64,000 nucleotides of DNA, from assembly GCA_905178155.1 (NCBI GenBank), contig CAJINV010000001.1, positions 10,321,432 through 10,385,431 on the forward strand, given 5' to 3'. Position numbers and translations under genes: made by a program. Shown here one piece after another: positions 56,361 to 64,000 of this stretch. This DNA comes from Amoebophrya sp. A120 (taxonomy: Eukaryota > Protista > Dinoflagellata). Position 1 is the first letter of the stretch, and every line of letters begins with the position of its first letter. Under the pieces are notes generated by a model. It did not search any database. It saw only the letters and a program-made list of their open reading frames with translations, and had not been told where the DNA came from.

Positions 56361-57267
56361 GCACGTGTAGTCGAAAGAATCAATCGTATATTAAACGAAT
56401 TTCATAAATTAAGCACAAGGACAAACGAAGAAAAATGTGCTGTCAATTCCCTATTCTGCGCAGACGTTGAAGAGATAAAATTGGCAGAGGTCCTCGTAGT
56501 TGTATGCTCCTTTCGTCCTCGAAGAATCTTCATCGGACGGTTGCTCTCCGTGTGTCACTATGAGCTTCGGGCAAGAACGGCGGACGTGTTGCCTCATCTT
56601 CGAAAAAAGACCCACGGAGTGCGGCAATTACAAGTTCCAAACGCAAACCAAAAGCCTGCTCTGCTGAGATCTGTCGCTTCTTGGCCTGCCGACGCATTGG
56701 CATTTGATGAAATTGAAAATCAAAATGGCGGTCCTATACATGTTGTGAACAAGCTCTTTCGATGATCCTATCCGTTGCTTCGATCCGTGCGAAGCTGCGC
56801 TGTAAAAATTCCTGATCGAACGCATTTTTAGGCATGCGCATGCGTGTGCAAGACAAGGATCAAAACGATGTAAGAATCTTCTGAGAAGATATGGTCACAA
56901 AAGACAAAGACTGACGAACAAGAAAATCCAGCACGATCACATGATCAAGATCATGTTCATGTATACTAAGATTGAAGTCGATTATGCACACACTGACTTT
57001 CCCTCGCATGCACAGAATATGCGCAAAAAAGACCAAACCGACAGGCACACGAAATTTTTTCCTTGAATATCTTCAGACCCGTTGGTTAGATCAGACCCGT
57101 TGATATTTCAAGACGTGTGAAACAAGTGAAACCCGAATCAATTACTGACACATTGCATTTATTCTTACCCGGATTCGAAGATTTCCCCTTCCTTCATTCG
57201 TGCTGCTAGTTTTCGTCCTTGCCCCTCGGATCTGATATTACAAGATATCCCGCTAGTTTATTCCAAA

Positions 57268-59022
57268 ATGTCGTCTCCCACGAGCATGTCCCGCTCCGGC
57301 GACGACAACCCGTTGACCCGTAACGTGGACAAGGTCGTTTCCGGGCTGGAAAAACAGCTGCCCCCCGAATGCCACTCCAGGTTGAAACAAAATGCCTTCG
57401 TCGCGGCCGAGTCCGAAATTCAAGAACTCGGCGAACAGGTGTTTGACGACCCAGCAGACAAGGAAAGCGACAACTTCTTCGTCATCACGGAGCAGAGCCA
57501 CAAGGCAGAGAAGGTAAGCGGAGACGAGAAGGGTGAATTTTCGAAAAGCGGAGATGGCGCCGGTCCTACAGCTGAGACCACCGACCCCCAGGGGCTTGGG
57601 CTGGCTGCGAAGCGGGATATCCCCAGGTATTCGGTCGTCTTCCAAGATAAGCCGGTTCTGAAACACGACGCGGACAAGACAGAATTTAACCTTGAGGCCT
57701 GTCAAAACTGGTTCTGGAAAGAACTCAACGACACACAAATGGAAGCGGTTTTGCAGTTGAAGTGTAATCCGCGGGCCGGCGTGCAGCGAGATGGCGACAG
57801 CAGCGCCTTGGAAGACTTGAACTTTCTCGCTGCGACTAAGAAAGACGGGGAGAATGATAAAGCGACCCAAAAGCCAAGCTTCAAGACCCTGTCTCCCGAG
57901 GAGCTGACGCATTTGCTGGATTTGAAAGAGCGAGGCTTTCCGACCGAGGAGGAGAGCACGCTGGTGCGTGACTACATCCGACAAAATTACGTGGTGCCCG
58001 ATAGCAGCAGCACAGAAGATACCGGCTTCAAAAAAATGCTGGAAAGCGCACCAGATGCTGTCCAGCAGCTCGCGGTAAAAATGGCGTACGGTGCGGTGCG
58101 CACGAACAGCATCCGCGAGGACAACTTTATCCTTCTCTTCCCGCTTCTTTCCCGCGTCAATCACGGCTGCCGGCCGAACCTGTGGCAACAGAACGGCGTT
58201 GTGCTGGCACTGCGCGACATTCAGGAGGGCGAGGAGCTGTTTTGGTGCTACCCGCAGGGGAAAGTACTAGATGAGTGGCAGGACACGGCTCAGCATTTCC
58301 TCTTTCTCGACTGGAAGAATCGGCAAGACTACCTGCACCGTTTGTACGACTTCAAATGCCGCTGCGTTCGCTGCAGCGAGTTCTGTTCCTCCGCTTCTAG
58401 TGGTCCGTCCGAGGCGCAATTTTCGGAGGAGAACGCGCGGCTAATTCCGCTCCGACAGGGCTTCACGGAACTGACACAGTTCATCAATAAAGCGGCCCCG
58501 TCAACGAATAGCAAAGACACAGAAGAGGCGGACGGAGAGGACTGGAGGAGCGCGATGGAGCTTTGCGCGGTGCTAGAGAACGCGCTGGAAGAGGAAAATC
58601 TCAGTCTCGATATCAAACTGCTGGCCCAGATGGCATCTCTCCGGGCGGTCTATGCGAGCGCTGGGCTTCTGGCGGCGCACGACGGGACAGCGAGTGGTAT
58701 TGTCGAGCCGGGAAAGAAAATTCCAAATAAGAATGCTGGCACATCAGTGTCGGAAGTAGAAGAGGCGGAAGTGACTTCAATTTCGGATGGTGTAGAGGCT
58801 TCGGAAAGAGAGCACCTCATGACGCAAGCGGTGGACATTGCAGTGCAAACCGTGCAGAAGGAACTGATGTGCCACATGCTGGGGTACGGCGCGACTGCGA
58901 AACCAGTGCTGGACCTGACAAATGTACTTGGCAAGCTCTATTACATCCAGTCACTGCGACAATGCGTCCGCATGTACGAAAGCCGGTTTGGAAAGTACAA
59001 GGCCGCGGCCGGAGGCGCTTGA
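57268..59022 (+). CDS. SMYD-like SET-domain lysine methyltransferase
   Basis: GLGLAAKRDIP, LFPLLSRVNHGCRPN, ALRDIQEGEELFWCY and post-SET R..L...YDFKCRCVRC. Confidence 0.92.
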   Translation: MSSPTSMSRSGDDNPLTRNVDKVVSGLEKQLPPECHSRLKQNAFVAAESEIQELGEQVFDDPADKESDNFFVITEQSHKAEKVSGDEKGEFSKSGDGAGPTAETTDPQGLGLAAKRDIPRYSVVFQDKPVLKHDADKTEFNLEACQNWFWKELNDTQMEAVLQLKCNPRAGVQRDGDSSALEDLNFLAATKKDGENDKATQKPSFKTLSPEELTHLLDLKERGFPTEEESTLVRDYIRQNYVVPDSSSTEDTGFKKMLESAPDAVQQLAVKMAYGAVRTNSIREDNFILLFPLLSRVNHGCRPNLWQQNGVVLALRDIQEGEELFWCYPQGKVLDEWQDTAQHFLFLDWKNRQDYLHRLYDFKCRCVRCSEFCSSASSGPSEAQFSEENARLIPLRQGFTELTQFINKAAPSTNSKDTEEADGEDWRSAMELCAVLENALEEENLSLDIKLLAQMASLRAVYASAGLLAAHDGTASGIVEPGKKIPNKNAGTSVSEVEEAEVTSISDGVEASEREHLMTQAVDIAVQTVQKELMCHMLGYGATAKPVLDLTNVLGKLYYIQSLRQCVRMYESRFGKYKAAAGGA

Positions 59023-59477
59023 GACTGGTTTGCTGCATCGACAACATCATCAAGCATTTCCATAATTATCATTTTCTGCACTGTGGATACACTAGGCGAA
59101 ACACTTACTCAGACGCCAGCTACACTTACACTCCATGACGACCATCTGAATGCAAGCACTTTGACCAAGAAACTCAACGTGGCCGATCCACCGTGCTCCT
59201 AGGTTCTTTCTGATATTTCCAGAAACGTGTTCGCTTCTTGCTCGCGAGAGGTTTTGAATAATAAAAAAATGGAATAGATCATGCAAACACAAAGAGCTGT
59301 CGAAATGAAAATGTTTCGTCAAGCAAACGATGGAGAGAACAAAATATTGCACGAAAAAATCAAAAGTTTACTATAGTCGGTGTCTGTATCTTCGAGTTTG
59401 AATCTAAATGAGCTTCGAAAAATCTACATGATGCCTCTTCGTCGGTTCGTCCTAGATTCATTTTTTCTTGTTGTTCG

Positions 59478-60248
59478 ATGAACAAATCGAATTCGCGTCC
59501 TTCTCGTACTGTCTTTAGTACCGACCCATCCGAACGAACACCCATGTCGCCGCACGGCCTAGCACCCGGAACCGCACCGACAACGGCGCAAATAGCGCGG
59601 CAGACAAAATTCGGCTGGTTTTTGGTGGTGTGGGGCTTCGGCTTGGACCTGATTTTGCTCGTATTGTTGCCGCTACTGGGGATTTTTCAGCCGTTCGAGC
59701 TTGTGATCCCGTTTTGCGTTCCCGACAACACAAATTTGGCGACCCTTCTGGCCATCTACCTGTTCCTGCTCTGTGGCGTGATTCGTGGCTGCTGCGGATG
59801 GTGCATGTTGCAAGAGGTGAACGACCCGAACAGCGTCGACGTGGGGAGCAAAAAGGCGTGGTACACGCTGTGCCTCCTCACCATGTTTGTGGAAATCGTG
59901 CTCAATGGTCACATCATCTACGCGCAAACGCAACACGTGCCGCAGCCGCTCAAGGGTGACTTCGACATGAACTACACCAAAAAACCGGGCGGGTTGGTGT
60001 GGTCTTCTAACGCCACTTCGAATGTGACTGCCGATCATTTTGAATCCACCTCCCCCACTGCTGGTGATGCAACGGTAGCCCGGATGCTCGGTTACTCCGC
60101 GTCGGAGGCCGCCATGCCGATCCTGTTGTGTGCAGTGACAAGCGGGGCCATGCTCAAAGCGGTGGCGTTTAAAAAGAGCAGAAACATGAAGTTTAACCGA
60201 GTCGTGAAAGCTTCCTCCTTCAAAACGGATTGTATGAAATATCTGTGA
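59478..60248 (+). CDS. Small multi-pass membrane protein (256 aa)
   Basis: About four hydrophobic segments (FGWFLVVWGFGLDLILLVLL, LLAIYLFLLCGVI, WYTLCLLTMFVEIVL, AAMPILLCAV). No family recognised. Confidence 0.65.
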   Translation: MNKSNSRPSRTVFSTDPSERTPMSPHGLAPGTAPTTAQIARQTKFGWFLVVWGFGLDLILLVLLPLLGIFQPFELVIPFCVPDNTNLATLLAIYLFLLCGVIRGCCGWCMLQEVNDPNSVDVGSKKAWYTLCLLTMFVEIVLNGHIIYAQTQHVPQPLKGDFDMNYTKKPGGLVWSSNATSNVTADHFESTSPTAGDATVARMLGYSASEAAMPILLCAVTSGAMLKAVAFKKSRNMKFNRVVKASSFKTDCMKYL

Positions 60249-60854
60249 GATGCATTTTTCAGAGCACCTGCTGCCGTCATAGGATATCGATTTACTTTAC
60301 TCAAAGTCAAACATAGTTTAGTTTTTTGCACTTGCGTGCGTTTCCTGCATGTGAGTTTCATTTTGATTTTTTTGTAGTCCTTATGTCATATGCATGTTAG
60401 CTTGTTTTTTGTAAAATATTCAGCATGCGCGAAAACATTGTCTTTTTTGCTGCGCGTACTGTAAGGCCCCGACAAGCATTGGCGTCTGTGTTTTCAACAT
60501 TCCAGTTTTATTTCTTTTCATCCGCTTCCACATCCACATCCAGATAAAAGACAAAAAACAAAAAGTCGAGACTTCTTTCAGCTGGGAGCAACACACAGTT
60601 GCGTATTCTACGCGAACATTGTTCGACATTTTGGTTTTGTTGAGTGGTATTTTTGGATGTGAGAGAATCCTATGAACAGCGGGTGGCGCATGCAGACTTG
60701 GCACGAGCTGTCAACCGGCTTCTAAGCATTCCAGAGCACTCCGAGAGATGACATAAAACCGCGCGAATTTCTTTTCCGAATTTTGAAAGTACTATCACTC
60801 TCCATTTTCCCGTGTTGGTGGTAAGACGACCCACCGTGTCGATTACGATTTCCA

Positions 60855-63800
60855 ATGTCGACGAACGCCCGTTGCGAGCAACTCTCGTATGACACCCGTG
60901 AGGCATTGTCTTCCGAGATCTCGAAAGGGTTGCAATTTCTCAAGTACGAATCAGTCGAGGGCATGGGCCGCGACTGGGAAAAACTGGTCGGCACAAAGCT
61001 TGAGGAAAAAGAGGTACCTCGCAGCTACACAACTAGTTGAAACTGCTGGAGTTGCTGCTACGAAGGGTTGTCGCTATGATCATCCACTGTCTGACTACAA
61101 CTTTATCTTCGCCTTATTTCCGAAACAAAGCGCTCTGTAGTACTTGTTTACAAATCGCTGCACAGGGCCGTCGCTTGCAGCAACCTATGGAAGACAAAGC
61201 AGTTGGCGCTGACAACCAAGACATCGACGATTCAGTCATCAGCGTGTTGGACCCTAGCGAAGCAGAAGACCAAGAAGGAGCTGCACAGGAAATATTAGAG
61301 ATGGAACAGAAGGCCCACAACGAAAACCAGCGCCCGAGTCCGGACACGCTCGGCGACACGCAGTCCTCGATTTTGCTCGAGACAACGAGAAGCATGGAAA
61401 CGGAGGAGAAACACGACGGGAATGTAGTTGTGCAGAACGGCAGCGAATGCTGCGACCACGGCGCGGATGTTGTCCCGGAGGAAGAACAGATTCTTCTAGA
61501 CGAGACCGCAGCCGTCCTCACACCGGAGGACGACGCTATGTCGGAGTCGTCACTCCGGAATTACTCTTTCGGCAAGTGCCTCTCGTCGCGGGGAGCCGAT
61601 GGGAAGGGGTCGGAAGCCGTGCTGCGAACGGAGCTCATGCGGCAGGTAAATATAAATTGCATTTTCTTTTTCCGCAACGCCAAAGTCGGTACTTCGTACT
61701 TCTTGTTAATAGTCTTAATGTCGTCGCTGAAGTCGGTAGTCTTCATGATGAACAAACACGACAGGTTCGTTTGCAGAAGAAGGAGATCGAGCGGCGGGAC
61801 AGGGAGTTGCGGCGCGTGGAGACCGCGTGGAGTCACGACGTGTCGACCTTGCGACGACAGATCGGTTTGATCGCAATGCAAAAATGTCGCTCCCTGACGA
61901 GCAGTTTAGAAGACCGAATTCCGTCCGGCAGTTGCAGGGAGCTGCTGCAGGCGAGTTTTACGAGCACGAGCGGTCTGTCCTTGACAAGACCCGGGTCTGC
62001 TGTTGGAGACGTTGATGGCAGCTCCGCTCCACAGCTTGAGCAGGCTACCTTGTTCCCCAATCTGGCGAACCAACACGATGAGGGAGTTGCACCGTGTTCG
62101 ACCTACGCTCTTGCGCCAGAAATAGAAGACGATGCGCCGTCGTCTAACAGTTCTTCGTCGAGTGCTGGCAGCTGCGACAGCTCGGCGCCAGCGGAACCCC
62201 CGGAGCATCATATCGTGGATGACCCGGATACTGAATACGACAGCGGGCATGAGATGCGCCTGCACGGCGAAAGAGAGCTCGTGGAGTCGATCCTGAGGGA
62301 TGAGGATCATGATCTGAGAATACAAGAGCTAGAATCAGCCCACGAATTGGAATTGCAGATGAAAACAGGTACCACGAACAGTATCGCGCTTGACAAGCCC
62401 GGAACGAAAAGCAGCTTGATGTCCCATGAGGACCACGGGGAGATTGCGGACGTTGACCTGGTACTATCAAAAGATACGACAAAGAAAATCAAAATTTATT
62501 TTTCCATGCTGGCGATTCTCCTTTGTTTTTCTAAATTTGCTTCTCTCACTCTTCAGACAGTCATGAGTAACGTTCATTCTGTCACGGGACTATTCCTTAC
62601 AGGAGCGAGCTGCAAACCGTCTCGGGCAAGAGCAGCAGCTCGAGAAGCGTTTCCAGGCTCTGCGCGCCAGCGATCGGGAGCCATTCGACTTCTCGGATTC
62701 TTCTGGAACCACGTTGCGATCGGAGCTGAAAGATTACTCATCCACGTTTGGCGCAAACCGCACGGTGCGGCTTCCCGGAATCGAAGAGCTGACTCCAATG
62801 ACCGTCGAGCTTCACCACGGCAACAGCGGCCGAGGAGTTGCAGAATCTAGTGTCGTGCGAGTGGGGTTGCCTTCCTCTCGCGTGCATTCTCAACAGGAAG
62901 CGCATCAACATCTTGAAATCCATTTGGCCGACCACCAAAACATGACTCGAGGAATGAAAAATGTACCAAGCTGCAACGTCGTGGATAGAAAGTCTGTCAA
63001 CAGTTGTGAACATCCACCGGCGGGAACCTCTTCGCGAGCGGTTTCATCATCAGTAACGACGTTGAGTAAGGCTTCGGACGCGGTGGTAGCGGAAGTCATA
63101 CCGCCTCATGATCGAACCGCGACGACGGAAAGCCAAAGCCAGCATGTTCAAACTTTGTCCGCTTTCATGGAATCTGCTGACTTCAGACGCCACGCCGGGG
63201 CGACGCCGCACCACTCCACAACTGCTGCACTGGAAGTACAGCAGGAGCAGGTACTACACCAGTATAATTCCGGGCTGCAACCACGACCAGCGCTCCCGGA
63301 GCATTCCGCCGGAGGCGCAGACGAAAGAATCCGGAGTCAGGTGCCGGTTCCTGAAAACACTCCACAAATGCAGCCATCCGACCTAGATCCGAGTTCGGAG
63401 TCGAAGGGGAACAACCGACATCATGATCACGAACAGCAGCAAGGACACGTAGTGCGACGCACAACAAGCACAACTGCTGTTCCCCACTCGCATCAATCAC
63501 GCTTGAAAGTGCCGTACCCAGAGCAGCTGCAGCACCAGGGTCCGCTGTTCGGCGATGAATTGAGCCCCATCGGATCGAGCGGCATGAACCAACGCACCAC
63601 GACACTGTTGGAGGAGCAGGATGATTGGAGCCATCAGTTCAGCGGCCGAGGAGGGGGCGGGGGAGACAAGGGGAAACAGAAGCTGTTTGTCTCGGAGCAG
63701 GGCGAGCGCGGGATAATGTCGACCAAAAACTCCCGCCTCTACGATCAGGAACGCGAGGAGGCACTGCGGGTCCGGGAGGAAACTGTATTGGCCAGGGAAG

Positions 63801-64000
63801 AGCAGGTACATAAGTGTTGAATCCGTGGTCGTTATCGTCGAAATGAATGCAGCGTGTCAATTTGTTTTGAATTTGAAACTCCATCTCCATGGAAGTGAAA
63901 AAAAATCGTGTGCTCAGGTTCGCGACTGGGAACAGCGTTTGTCAGACGTGCAGACGCAGTTGAAGCAGGAGCGCATTCATCTGGACCAGTACCGACAAGC
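60855..64000 (+). CDS. Multi-exon coiled-coil/low-complexity protein, 3'-partial
   Basis: Exons 60855-61013, 61166-61645, 61765-62460, 62603-63805 and 63918->64000. Four phase-0 GTA..CAG|G introns join the ORF fragments in frame. Confidence 0.7.

Noticed and set aside
57074-57102. Short direct repeat CAGACCCGTTG x2 (similarly GTTGACCTGC x2 near 5688-5714)
   Set aside because: Only two units with no array structure or associated genes. Not CRISPR-like, and likely local duplication.
57253-58188. Long minus-strand ORFs (also 837..1580, 15729..16442, 46192..47079)
   Set aside because: They lie entirely antisense to well-supported + genes and have no motifs. They are shadow ORFs of GC-rich coding sequence.

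Overview
This is eukaryotic, intron-containing, gene-dense DNA, not prokaryotic. All ~18 supportable protein genes lie on the + strand. The co-orientation, long low-complexity proteins, AG|G acceptors and a MITE-like non-canonical intron suggest a dinoflagellate-lineage alveolate, most likely the syndinian parasite Amoebophrya (inference). Genes were rebuilt by hand-splicing: a 5'-truncated nocturnin/CCR4-like EEP hydrolase, two tandem paralogous RING/TRAF-zinc-finger genes, a beta-type prefoldin, endonuclease G, a CNBD K+ channel, a LicD-family transferase, a 9-exon ribonucleotide reductase large subunit (792 aa), a ~2900-aa NBAS/Sec39 homolog, a WD40-like protein, a RAP-domain protein, a SMYD-like SET protein and several hypothetical proteins. 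Main highlights: (1) a 114-nt element with 30-bp terminal inverted repeats and a 5-bp target-site duplication interrupts NBAS and has no GT-AG boundaries; (2) the tandem RING-TRAF genes are fused by a conserved intron to an unrecognised C-terminal domain, only one paralog carries a 288-nt fold-back insertion, and both are followed by the same ~75-nt non-coding element; (3) the 24 GT-AG introns share an unusual grammar (all GTA, mostly GTAC; G at exon +1; junction repeats; internal hairpins); (4) NBAS carries a long acidic-Trp, COPI-lasso-like region. All exon structures are predictions without RNA evidence.
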